From a virus (lineage: Duplodnaviria > Caudoviricetes), in IMG/VR virus record IMGVR_UViG_3300042452_000717, positions 1-50,940 of that record: 50,940 bases of DNA, one strand, 5' to 3'. The translations under genes were made by a program, and so were the position numbers. The notes beneath the pieces are model-generated. The model searched no databases, was not told the DNA's origin, and saw only the letters and a program-made list of their open reading frames with translations. Within the stretch, counting starts at the first letter, position 1. Each line of letters starts with the position of its first letter. This document shows positions 1-8,355 of the stretch, piece by piece.

Positions 1-99
1 GGGGGGTTTCGGCGGGGAATGGCGATGGATGATCCCTCATCCCTCCTCACCCGCCTTCCTCCGCTCTGGGTCCCCGTGGAGCACCTGGGAGTCCCGTTT
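1..99 (+). repeat. Terminal direct repeat copy 1 (99 bp), likely assembly overlap
   Basis: Identical to 50842-50940 (GGGGGGTTTCGGCGGGG...GGGAGTCCCGTTT). Confidence 0.95.
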
Positions 100-354
100 C
101 GTTTTGCCCGCGCCGAAAAATCCGGGAAGGGACCCCCAGCGGGTACGGCGGAGTGGAAACGAAGGCGCCCGGCTCCACTCACGTCCCGGTGAATCGCGGA
201 GTCGGGCGCTTTGGGCTTGGGCGTGTGAGCTCAAGCTGTGAGAAGCCTGTGGGCCAACTGCACCGCAGGCTGGCCGCCCCGAAGTTGGGGAGGCTGACGA
301 GACGAGCGCCGCAGAGCCAGGAGTGCCAACCCTGGGGCGCTCGAGCCGCGGGTA

Positions 355-750
355 TCAGGAGCCCCGCGGTGTGCTGGCTTGCTGAGCCTTCTTGGCGGCT
401 TCGGCGGAGGCGTAGCCGGCGAGGGCGGAGGCGTTGTTGATGGCGTGGAAGAGGAGGGAGCCGAGTGCGGCGTGGTTCATGACGAGCTCGCGGGCGAGGT
501 CCTCGATGTCGCCGACGTTGCACTTGCGGAGCTCGGCGATGACGCGCTCGAAGGGCTCGCGGCGGGTGCGAGGGGCAGAGGATTCTTCGGTGGCCTTCGC
601 GGCGGGGATCTTCATGGTGAGCTTCTTGGGCTCGAAGTCGTAGGGCTGCTCTTCGTCCGGCTCCTCGGCCTTCGGGGTGTACTCGAGGTTCTCGGGCGGC
701 TTGGGCATGGAGGGCGGGACGGACGGCGGGATGGCGGTGAGTTTCGGCAT
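355..750 (-). CDS. Hypothetical protein (131 aa), Pro/Glu-rich N-half, helical C-half
   Basis: ATG at 750 (MPKLTAIPPS...) inside track ORF 355..1263; phage-like codon usage; promoter-like element just upstream. Confidence 0.7.
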   Translation of the reverse strand: MPKLTAIPPSVPPSMPKPPENLEYTPKAEEPDEEQPYDFEPKKLTMKIPAAKATEESSAPRTRREPFERVIAELRKCNVGDIEDLARELVMNHAALGSLLFHAINNASALAGYASAEAAKKAQQASTPRGS

Positions 751-759
751 GGTTCGCAG

Positions 760-788
760 AGTGTGGCGGATTACTGTGCGCGGGTCAA
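760..788 (-). promoter_or_regulatory. Putative sigma70-type promoter TTGACC-17-CACACT
   Basis: Minus strand: TTGACC (788-783), 17-nt spacer, CACACT (765-760), 9 nt before the ATG at 750 (near-leaderless). Confidence 0.45.
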
Positions 789-793
789 GCGAG

Positions 794-822
794 TTGCGCG
801 CGAGATTCCGGCGTGCGAGGAT
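794..822 (+). promoter_or_regulatory. Putative divergent promoter TTGCGC-17-GAGGAT
   Basis: Back-to-back with the 760-788 element; TGn precedes the -10; upstream of AGGAG RBS and ATG 847. Confidence 0.3.
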
Positions 823-846
823 TGCGCTCGAGGAGCATCTACAACC

Positions 847-1053
847 ATGAAGAACAAGACTCTCAGCCGCCGCACGATCAGCCCCAGCGTCACCCGGAGC
901 CCTGCCAAGACGGTTGGCGGGCCGAACTACGAAGGCTCGGGCAAGGTGACGGTGCAAGGCAAGACGAAGGTGACGAACGGTCCGGCTGCGGGCGGTCCGT
1001 GCAAGGTGCCGGGCATCTCGAAGCGTCGGATGGGCTCGAAGGGCAGCTACTGA
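847..1053 (+). CDS. Small basic protein (68 aa, K/R/G/S/T-rich)
   Basis: MKNKTLSRRTISPS...KRRMGSKGSY; AGGAG RBS upstream. Confidence 0.65.
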   Translation: MKNKTLSRRTISPSVTRSPAKTVGGPNYEGSGKVTVQGKTKVTNGPAAGGPCKVPGISKRRMGSKGSY

Positions 1054-1074
1054 GCCAAGGGGAGGTAGCTTGCC

Positions 1075-1518
1075 GTGAGCAGCTACTCGAACAGAGGCCA
1101 GCACAACGGCCCGCACAACGGGCGCGAGTACGACGTGCCGGATGATGTCCTGGCGGCTCGTGCGGACGGCCGTGCGATGAGCCCTCAGGCGCCGCCGGCG
1201 CGGCGGTACTCGGGGTCGATGACGACCAAGACGCAGAACGCGCAGCTCCGGGGCCAGATGCATCCTGTGCGGATGCAGGCGGTCTCGGAGATTGCGCGTC
1301 TTGCGGAGTTGGAGCTGGTCGGGATCTCGAAGATGCCGGACGACGGCAACAAGCTGGCGTTGCTGGTGATCCTCGAGATGATGATGAACGAGCGGCCGAC
1401 GGTGGCGGCTCGCGGGCGCGAGGCTTACTTGAAGCTCAAGGGCCTGCTGCTGAGCAAGGGCGACGAGAAGAAGATGCGCAAGGCGAACGGGATGGACGCC
1501 GGCGCGGGGCTGATGTGA
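1075..1518 (+). CDS. Hypothetical protein (147 aa), possible terminase small subunit
   Basis: Strong GGGGAGG RBS, GTG start; helical C-half; same strand as and upstream of terL. Function inferred from position only. Confidence 0.5.
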   Translation: MSSYSNRGQHNGPHNGREYDVPDDVLAARADGRAMSPQAPPARRYSGSMTTKTQNAQLRGQMHPVRMQAVSEIARLAELELVGISKMPDDGNKLALLVILEMMMNERPTVAARGREAYLKLKGLLLSKGDEKKMRKANGMDAGAGLM

Positions 1519-1522
1519 CGGG

Positions 1523-1747
1523 CTAGAGCTCGTCGAGCTCCGGCTCGAACGCTCGCTCGGAGAAGGCGCGGGCCTCGCGGACGGCCTTGCGGCCTGCGGC
1601 GTAGATCTCCTCGCGCATCTCCTCGATGGTCTGCTTGTTCACGTCGCGGGAAGGGCTCTTCTCGTTCCGTGCGATGCCGTGGATGTCGAGAGCGCGCCCT
1701 CGGGTCTGCTGCGGGTGGTATCCGGCGGGGTCGGGTCGGGTTTCCAT
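1523..1747 (-). CDS. Hypothetical protein (74 aa)
   Basis: ATG at 1747 overlaps the TGA of the upstream ORF (TGATG coupling); METRPDPAGYHP... Confidence 0.65.
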   Translation of the reverse strand: METRPDPAGYHPQQTRGRALDIHGIARNEKSPSRDVNKQTIEEMREEIYAAGRKAVREARAFSERAFEPELDEL

Positions 1748-2412
1748 CAGAACCACTTCTCCTCTTCGGTTTCAGGCTCGGGGTTGTTGGGTCGGGGGTC
1801 GTTGCCTTGGTCATCGCCGGCGAACAGCACTTGGGCCTGGACTTGGCTCATGCGCTCGCGCGGCTGGTCGTGGTCTCGGTCGTTGCGCTCGGGCGGCGGC
1901 GCACCGCGAGGCGACCACGCGCGCATGACCCGGCGCCACGCCTCGGCGCGCTGCTCGTCGCTCATGTGGAACGTCTCCGGCCAGTCCCGGTCGACAGTCG
2001 GAAGAATTCGCCCTGGCCCCAGATCGCTCTGGGATAGCGCCTGCTGCACGTTGTCGGAGCCGTCGAGGTCAATGTCGCGTCGAGCCCTCGAACGCGAGGG
2101 GCGAGCCTGCTGCGTTGGCTGCGGGGCCTTGCTGCGGGCGCGTAGCCGTTCAACGAACTGGTGGACGCTGCGCAAGGTGTCCGCGGTCCACGCCTGCGTG
2201 CGGCAGTCACGGGCGGCCTGCTGGCGCTCGCGGTTCACGTCCCAATGGCGCGAGCCCTCGAAGAACTGCGGGCCAAGCAAGGAGCTCGAGCCGGGGCCGA
2301 CGAGCCAGAACCACGCGACATGGGCGCGGGACAGCGACTCGTGGGCGCGGAGGTTGTGATCCCGGAGCTTGGCCTCGGGGACTTCGGATTCGGTCCAGTG
2401 TCGAAGGGGCAT
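1747..2412 (-). CDS. Hypothetical protein (221 aa) downstream of the replication initiator
   Basis: Tightly packed between 2417..3274 and 1523..1747; sits where a helicase loader would, but has no Walker A motif. Confidence 0.6.
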   Translation of the reverse strand: MPLRHWTESEVPEAKLRDHNLRAHESLSRAHVAWFWLVGPGSSSLLGPQFFEGSRHWDVNRERQQAARDCRTQAWTADTLRSVHQFVERLRARSKAPQPTQQARPSRSRARRDIDLDGSDNVQQALSQSDLGPGRILPTVDRDWPETFHMSDEQRAEAWRRVMRAWSPRGAPPPERNDRDHDQPRERMSQVQAQVLFAGDDQGNDPRPNNPEPETEEEKWF

Positions 2413-2416
2413 CGGG

Positions 2417-3274
2417 TCAGTCCTGGGGCTGGGCGCTGCCGTTGAGCGCCATGATCGGGTCGGTCAGGAGATCGAACTTGGTGGCGAACAGCGCAAAGCC
2501 GCCCGCCCGGAGGTAGGGCGCATCGCTCTGGAAGAAGTTGCTCATCCGCTCGCGCAGGAGCGCCGTGTCGCCGCCGATGCGCTTCCAGAGCCTCGCGGCG
2601 TGGATGAAATCCGCTGCGGTCGGCGTGTACCGCTCGGCCGGCGGGATGTCCTTCGGGTCGGTCTTGACCGTCACCGTGAGGTCCCCGTGCCGGATGCGCG
2701 CCCAAGCCCGCTGGAACATCTCCACGGCCTGGACGTGCTCGCCCTTCTTCGCCTCGGGTTTGGGCTTCTTCGGGTTCTCGAAGAGGATGCCCGGAGACGC
2801 GCCGCGAGGCGCCGGCTCCAGTCCGGAAGAATGCGAAGCATTCTGGAGGACTGAATCTCTACTCTCCTCTACTCTCCTCTCCTGGGTAGACTTCGCTAGG
2901 GTGTCGCTAAGCGAGCCTGTAGGGTCGCTAGAGGGTTGCTTGGCATTAGCAGCCTTCGCCATGCCGCCCCTACGGCCGGATTCCCGCTGCTGGAGCCGGT
3001 AGGCGTCGGCCTCGGTCCGAGCGGCCTCCATCCAGGGCAGCGACAGCAGCCCGTCGGGTCCGCGCTCGAGCATGGCGGCGAGTAGCGTCTCGAACCCGGC
3101 GCCGCACGTCTGGCGCGCGTCGTCCTCGGTGAGGCGGCCCTCGCGCCAAGAGCGCCACGCAAAGCGCATCATCGCGGCCAGCGCGGCGTCATCGCCGAGC
3201 ACGCGCATCCCGCCGCGGGCTGTGGCGATCTCCGCCACGTCGAACCGAAACCACGGGAGGGGTTTTGTGGTCAT
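2417..3274 (-). CDS. Phage replication initiator / replisome organizer, YdaU (DUF1376)/lambda O-like
   Basis: N-terminus MTTKPLPWFRFD...WREGRL...QRESGRRGG resembles YdaU-type initiators; central low-complexity linker is encoded by repetitive DNA. Confidence 0.7.
   Translation of the reverse strand: MTTKPLPWFRFDVAEIATARGGMRVLGDDAALAAMMRFAWRSWREGRLTEDDARQTCGAGFETLLAAMLERGPDGLLSLPWMEAARTEADAYRLQQRESGRRGGMAKAANAKQPSSDPTGSLSDTLAKSTQERRVEESRDSVLQNASHSSGLEPAPRGASPGILFENPKKPKPEAKKGEHVQAVEMFQRAWARIRHGDLTVTVKTDPKDIPPAERYTPTAADFIHAARLWKRIGGDTALLRERMSNFFQSDAPYLRAGGFALFATKFDLLTDPIMALNGSAQPQD
2856..2941. promoter_or_regulatory. Putative replication origin (iteron-like repeats plus pyrimidine/purine tract) inside the initiator gene
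   Basis: TCGCTA at 2893, 2904, 2925 and variant TTGCTT at 2936 (11/21/11 spacing); adjacent TCTCTACTCTCCTCTACTCTCCTCTCCT tract; locally lower GC. Confidence 0.55.
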
Positions 3275-3289
3275 ACCCGCATCTCCCGC

Positions 3290-3317
3290 TTGCCCTTAGA
3301 CGAGGGCACGCTACGAT
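3290..3317 (+). promoter_or_regulatory. Putative promoter TTGCCC-16-TACGAT
   Basis: Near-consensus -10 at 3312-3317, -35 at 3290-3295. Confidence 0.5.
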
Positions 3318-3396
3318 CTTCGTCGTTCATCGACTGCTACCTCAGTTGGGTGAAAAGTTCCGCCGGGGAGACTCCAACTCCTCGCGCGTGAGCGCC

Positions 3397-3425
3397 GTTG
3401 TACGCCGCCAGCGGCAGACGGTCAA
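3397..3425 (-). promoter_or_regulatory. Putative leftward promoter of the replication operon, TTGACC-17-TACAAC
   Basis: Minus strand TTGACC (3425-3420), 17-nt spacer, TACAAC (3402-3397). Confidence 0.45.
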
Positions 3426-3470
3426 GAAGGCCCTGGCGCACCGCGAGCGCGCCGGGGCCTTCGCCTTTTT
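3426..3470 (+). terminator. Intrinsic terminator
   Basis: 14-bp stem GAAGGCCCTGGCGC / GCGCCGGGGCCTTC with one G-U pair, 9-nt loop, followed by GCCTTTTT. Confidence 0.65.
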
Positions 3471-3504
3471 CGTGACGCCGCGCAAATGGTCGGCGGGTCA
3501 CGGG

Positions 3505-3532
3505 TTGCGTTACTCGAAAAGTTCGCTAGATT
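3505..3532 (+). promoter_or_regulatory. Putative promoter TTGCGT-16-TAGATT for the late block
   Basis: -10 ends 7 nt before ATG 3540, consistent with a leaderless transcript. Confidence 0.4.
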
Positions 3533-3539
3533 CTCGTCC

Positions 3540-3965
3540 ATGCAGACGAGATCGAAGCCCTCGCGTGGCCCTCTTGGCAAGCGCCAGCGCTATACCGGCG
3601 TGGAGACGTGCGAGGCGTGCGGCGGGCCTTGGGCGTACGTCCGGCCGTCGACGGGAAGGACCGAGCGCGCGACGCTGCTGATCGTGGGCGAGGTCGAGTC
3701 GGCGATCCCTGGCAAGACGATCATCGCGCCGGCGCCGGGCCGCCGGGTGCGGGTGTGCATGAAGTGCAATTCGCAGATGCGCAGCGCGGGCACGTTCGAG
3801 CGCGTGAACGTCCCGGTGCGCAGCGTGGTCTCGGTGTACGGCCCGAAGCTCAAGGCGATGCTGGACGCGGGCCTGACGGCGACGCAGATCGCTCGAGCGC
3901 TCGGGGTCGACCGTGACCGGGTGCGCCGCGCGATCGACAGCATGAAGGCGAGCGCCGCGAAGTGA
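3540..3965 (+). CDS. Zn-finger (CxxC...CxxC) plus C-terminal HTH protein (141 aa)
   Basis: CEAC and CMKC motifs; C-terminal GLTATQIARALGVDRDRVRRAI helix-turn-helix; GTGA overlap with terL. Confidence 0.75.
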   Translation: MQTRSKPSRGPLGKRQRYTGVETCEACGGPWAYVRPSTGRTERATLLIVGEVESAIPGKTIIAPAPGRRVRVCMKCNSQMRSAGTFERVNVPVRSVVSVYGPKLKAMLDAGLTATQIARALGVDRDRVRRAIDSMKASAAK

Positions 3966-5923
3966 CGGCGGTGCTCGATCCTGAGCTTGTCGAGGCGCTG
4001 CACGCGGCGAAGGACCGCGCGTACAAGGCGGCCATCGACGCGCCGGACCAGCAGCGGCTCAATCACTTCTTCCTGCTCTACAACCAGGAGCGGGGCGTGT
4101 TCGGCAACCGCAAGGGGAACCGCTGGCGGATGACCCGGCGCGAGTGGATCGAGCGACACGTCGTCATCGTCGACAAGAAGGCCCGCGCCATCCCGTTCAC
4201 GTACAACCAGTCGCAGCGCAACCTCGAGGCGGTCCTGCTGCGGCAAGAGCGGCGCGGCGCCCCGCGGCGCGTGGTGATCCTCAAGGTGCGCCAGAACGGG
4301 ATCAGCACGTTCACGCTCGCCGTGTTCTTGCACGCGCTGCTCACCGTGGCGAACCTGAACCTCCGCGTGGTCACGGACCGCGAGGAGCTGTGCGAGACGC
4401 TGCTGAACCGCGTGAAGCTGATGTTCCAGCGCCTTCGGATGAACGACGGTTCGCCGTGGAGCCTGAACCCGGAGAAGTCGAACCGGGACATGATCGTGAT
4501 GGGCGCCCCGTTCAACTCGCGCATCCAGGTCGTGAGCGCGAACACGCCGAATCCGGGCTTCGGCGAGACGAACCTCTACGTCGACATGGAGGAAACCTCG
4601 AAGTGGCCGGACGCCGAGGAGAAGGGCAAGGGCATCGAGCTCGCGCTGCCCGAGCTCCCCGAGACGCTCGCCATCGACGTTTCGCAGGCCAAGGGGAACA
4701 CGGGCTACTTCGCCGACAAGTTCCGCCGGGCTTGGTACAAGCAGCAGGGGCTCGCGCTGCCCGACGACCTCAAGCAGGAGGACAACGGCGGCGTGTCGGA
4801 CGGGTCCGGCTGGCACGCGATGTTCATCCCGTGGTTCCTCCACGAGGAGTATCGCTGGACGAAGATCGGCTCGAACCCGCCGGTGCTGCCCGAGCCGGTG
4901 CGCGCGCGCATCGAAAAGACGCTCACGCCCGAGGAGCGCATCCTTCTCGCGCAGCGCTTCCACATCCGGGGCAAGCCGCCTCAGTGCGTCAGCTACGACC
5001 AGCTCGCTTGGCGGCGGTACTACATCTCGGAGAAGTGCAACGGCAACCTCCAGACGTTCCATGAACAGTGCCCGGCGTTCCCCGAAGAGGCGCTGCTCGC
5101 GTCGGGCCGGAGCGCGTTCAACCTGGAGCACGTCCAGTTCAAGATGGGCACCCACATCCGGGCGCCGCTGGCGGTGGCGAAGCTCGTTGAGTCGGAGGGC
5201 AAGCCGCACTTGCTGCACGACCGGCACGGCGAGCTCAGCGTGTGGCGCTGGCCGGCGATGGGGCGGCAGTACGTGATCGGCGTGGACACGGCGGCCGGCG
5301 TGCGCGGAGGCGACCCGTGTGTCGCGCAGGTGATCGACGCGCAGACCGAGGCGCTCGTCGCGGAGTGGTACGGCTGGGAGCCGCCGCACGCCTTCGGGCG
5401 CACCGTGAAGCTGCTCAGCGACCTCTACAACGCGACGGTCGCGGTGGAGACGCACCCCTCCCAGCACGGCCTCGCGGTGTACGAGGCGGCCGAGGCGGCG
5501 GGCTGCCAACGCCTGTTCGTCCAGCAGCGCTGGGAGGACCGCGAGGGCAAGTTCGTGCTGCGCAAGGGCTGGATCATGAGCGCGCAGGGCAAGGCGCTCG
5601 TGATCGACCGCGTTGCGATCGCACTGGCCGACCAGAACGTCGATACCCCCTCGAAGCGGCTGCTCCAGGAGTGCATGGACGCGCAGCTCGACGAGAAGGA
5701 GAAGATCGACCGCAAGTGCCGGAACGACGCGATCATGGCCTACGGCATCGCGCTCAAGCTCCTCGAGACGGTGAAGATCCAGAACGTGAAGCCCGCGGAG
5801 CCCGAAAAGCTCCCGCCGAGCGGCTCCGATGAAGATTTCTGGCGAGCGCGCAACCAGCGCCGCGGCTCGACGGATGGAACACCGAGGCGCTTCGACAAAG
5901 GCCCCAACGGGCAAGGACTGTGA
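3962..5923 (+). CDS. terL: Terminase large subunit
   Basis: Adenine-binding YNQSQ, Walker A VILKVRQNGIST, nuclease motifs YVIGVDTAAG and NDAIMAYGIA. Confidence 0.93.
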   Translation: MTAVLDPELVEALHAAKDRAYKAAIDAPDQQRLNHFFLLYNQERGVFGNRKGNRWRMTRREWIERHVVIVDKKARAIPFTYNQSQRNLEAVLLRQERRGAPRRVVILKVRQNGISTFTLAVFLHALLTVANLNLRVVTDREELCETLLNRVKLMFQRLRMNDGSPWSLNPEKSNRDMIVMGAPFNSRIQVVSANTPNPGFGETNLYVDMEETSKWPDAEEKGKGIELALPELPETLAIDVSQAKGNTGYFADKFRRAWYKQQGLALPDDLKQEDNGGVSDGSGWHAMFIPWFLHEEYRWTKIGSNPPVLPEPVRARIEKTLTPEERILLAQRFHIRGKPPQCVSYDQLAWRRYYISEKCNGNLQTFHEQCPAFPEEALLASGRSAFNLEHVQFKMGTHIRAPLAVAKLVESEGKPHLLHDRHGELSVWRWPAMGRQYVIGVDTAAGVRGGDPCVAQVIDAQTEALVAEWYGWEPPHAFGRTVKLLSDLYNATVAVETHPSQHGLAVYEAAEAAGCQRLFVQQRWEDREGKFVLRKGWIMSAQGKALVIDRVAIALADQNVDTPSKRLLQECMDAQLDEKEKIDRKCRNDAIMAYGIALKLLETVKIQNVKPAEPEKLPPSGSDEDFWRARNQRRGSTDGTPRRFDKGPNGQGL

Positions 5924-6228
5924 TGGACTGGCTCACCCTCTCGATCATCTTCGCGGCGCTCCTGCTCGCGTTCTACGCGGTCGCCAACTCGGGCCGCATG
6001 GCGCGCGAGGCGATGCGCCGACAGGCCGACATGGAGCGGCTGCTCGTTGTTGCGCGGCTGGCGCAGTCGGGCGATCCGACCCAGCAATCCCTCGCGCATC
6101 TCGTTGGTACGATGGGCCAGCCGCAGCAGGCTCCGCTCCAGGCGCCCGCGTTGCAGCGAATCCCGATTGAGGACCAGGACCCGATTGACGCTCTCGGCTA
6201 CGACCTGCCGAGCTCGCTCAAGGGTTGA
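5920..6228 (+). CDS. Small membrane protein (one N-terminal TM helix)
   Basis: WLTLSIIFAALLLAFYAVA hydrophobic stretch; coupled to the terL stop. Confidence 0.7.
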   Translation: MMDWLTLSIIFAALLLAFYAVANSGRMAREAMRRQADMERLLVVARLAQSGDPTQQSLAHLVGTMGQPQQAPLQAPALQRIPIEDQDPIDALGYDLPSSLKG

Positions 6229-6240
6229 TTCGAGGGCACG

Positions 6241-8355
6241 ATGCAAGTCAAGAAAAGCTACGCGCAGGCCACGCACAAGACGCACGGGCGCTTCTCGAAA
6301 GAGGAGGCGCTCCAGTACGTGACCGCGCGGATCAGCCCGAAGCTGAACGACTCGCATCGGCAACCGATGGAACGCGAGTGGGTCAAGAACCTCGCGTTCC
6401 TCAATGGAAACCAGTACTTCGTCGACGACGGGATGGGGTTCCGCACGCCCGTCCTGCCCCCGCACAAAGTCGTATACCGGGCGAACATCGTGCGCACGCT
6501 CGTCACGCGCGCGATCAGCACTGTGCTCGCCAGCTCGTCAGTGTTCCGGGCGCCCACGCGCGACCACTCCAAGGCGGAGCGCGACAAGGCGTTCGTCACC
6601 GAAAAGCTGTTCGAGCACCTGCGCGACAACGTGGTGAACTGGAGCGAGCTGCTCGAGGAGGCGCTGACCTGGGCGGCGGTGTGCGGCTCCGGCTTCATCG
6701 AGATCGGCTGGAACGCCGAGGCGGGATCGCCGGACCGCTTCTACGTCGACGAGAACGGCGAGACGATCCTCGGGCTCACGCCGGACCAGCAGCGCATGGC
6801 CGAAGAGGAGGGCCGCTACGAGGACCTGCCGCCGGGCGAAATCACGGCCAAGGTCCACTCGCCGCTGCGCGTGCGCTGGGACTGGAGCTCGCGCACGGAC
6901 TTCCAGGCCGATGAATGCACCTGGGCGGGCACCCAGGAGATCGTCGACATGGCGTCGCTTGAGGACACCTACGGCGCCGCGGCGATCAAGGGCGTGAAGC
7001 CGCTCGAGCCGCGCACCACGTCGTTGTGGTGGGACGAGATGCTCTCGTTCATGCACGGCGGCCAAGCGCAGTCGCCGGGTTTCCTCCAGCCGCGCGACAA
7101 GTCCAGAAGCCGGACGGTGCTCTCGAGGTTCTTCGAGAAGCCGATGCGCAAGAACAACTGGAAGGGCCGCTACATCGTGATCGCGGGCGAGACCGTCCTG
7201 GTCAATCGGGACAACCCGATGCGCGCGACGAAGTACCCCATCCCCTTCGTCAAGATCGACTGGCAGAAGCGGCCGGGCTCGTTCGTCGGGCACCCGCTCA
7301 TGGACGACCTGCGCAACCCCCAGTTCCAGTACAACAACGCGCGGGCGCACCAGACGGAAGTGGTGAACGTCCACTCGCACCCGCCGATCTTCGTCGACAA
7401 GCGCTCGGGCCTGCCGACGGGGATGCTCGCCATCGAGCCGGGCGTCGCGTACCCGTGCGACGTGCTGGCGTCGGGCGGGAAGCCGGTGACGCTGGGGCCG
7501 GTGCCGCAGATCCCCAAGGAGCTCGCGGACAGCGCGAACCGGGCGCTCAGCGAGATGCAGATGATCTCGAGCCAAGCCGACCCGGACATGAGCAAGCTGC
7601 CGGGGCAGATCCGCTCGCGGCCGGGCCTCGACGCGATGATCGAGGAGAAGAACAAGGCGCTGACGCCGGCGGCGCGGAGCGCCCTGCGCGCGACGCTGAC
7701 GGGCGGGCGGATGATGCTCTCGGTCGCGCGGGCCTTCTACACGACCCGGCGCACGATGCAGTACGTCGGCGCCGACAACGCCTACCGCGTGGCCGAGTTC
7801 GAGTCGGCCGACATCCGCGACGACATCCGCATCGTCGGCGAGCCGGACTACTTCCAGAGCCGAAGCGTGGAGCGCGCGCGCATCCTGGAGTACGTGCAGG
7901 CGGGCGTGCTCGACCCGATCAACAACCCCGAGGACAAGCTCAGCGTGCTCAAGACGCTGGCCTACGGCGGCGCCGAGGACATCCTCGCGCAGCGGCTCAT
8001 CGAGGAAGAGAACCAGGAACGGGAGTGGGACGAGATGACCGGCGATCCGCTCAAGTGGATGCGCCAGAACGACATGGGCCAGCCGATGCTGGACTACCCG
8101 ACCCACGACTACGACGACGACGGCACGCACGTTCGCGTGATGCAGCAACGGATGCGCTCGGGAGAGTTCCGCGACCTCGACCCGATTGCGCGCCAGCTCG
8201 TGATCCAGCACTACCAGGATCACGTCGAAAAGATCCAGCGCGCCATGATGCAGCAGATGCAAATGCAGCAGATGGCGCAGCCGGGAGGGTCGGCCAACCG
8301 CGGCCAGCCCTCGAGACCGAAACCCAAGGCATCCCAAGGAGCCGCCCGTGGCTAA
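6241..8355 (+). CDS. Portal protein (P22-like, 704 aa)
   Basis: Position after terL; NLAFLNGNQY, CGSGF, YPIPFV, DLRNPQFQYN motifs; Q/M-rich C-terminal tail. Confidence 0.88.
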   Translation: MQVKKSYAQATHKTHGRFSKEEALQYVTARISPKLNDSHRQPMEREWVKNLAFLNGNQYFVDDGMGFRTPVLPPHKVVYRANIVRTLVTRAISTVLASSSVFRAPTRDHSKAERDKAFVTEKLFEHLRDNVVNWSELLEEALTWAAVCGSGFIEIGWNAEAGSPDRFYVDENGETILGLTPDQQRMAEEEGRYEDLPPGEITAKVHSPLRVRWDWSSRTDFQADECTWAGTQEIVDMASLEDTYGAAAIKGVKPLEPRTTSLWWDEMLSFMHGGQAQSPGFLQPRDKSRSRTVLSRFFEKPMRKNNWKGRYIVIAGETVLVNRDNPMRATKYPIPFVKIDWQKRPGSFVGHPLMDDLRNPQFQYNNARAHQTEVVNVHSHPPIFVDKRSGLPTGMLAIEPGVAYPCDVLASGGKPVTLGPVPQIPKELADSANRALSEMQMISSQADPDMSKLPGQIRSRPGLDAMIEEKNKALTPAARSALRATLTGGRMMLSVARAFYTTRRTMQYVGADNAYRVAEFESADIRDDIRIVGEPDYFQSRSVERARILEYVQAGVLDPINNPEDKLSVLKTLAYGGAEDILAQRLIEEENQEREWDEMTGDPLKWMRQNDMGQPMLDYPTHDYDDDGTHVRVMQQRMRSGEFRDLDPIARQLVIQHYQDHVEKIQRAMMQQMQMQQMAQPGGSANRGQPSRPKPKASQGAARG

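Larger units (their letters stand above)
3323..3470 (+). ncRNA. Candidate ~150-nt small RNA, partly antisense to the initiator leader
   Basis: Bounded by the 3290-3317 promoter and 3426-3470 terminator; internal stems AGTTGG/CCAACT and GCCGTTG/CAGCGGC; no convincing ORF. Confidence 0.4.

Noticed and set aside
3323-3425. tRNA in the structured intergenic region
   Set aside because: No cloverleaf or T-loop GTTC pattern found here or noticed elsewhere.
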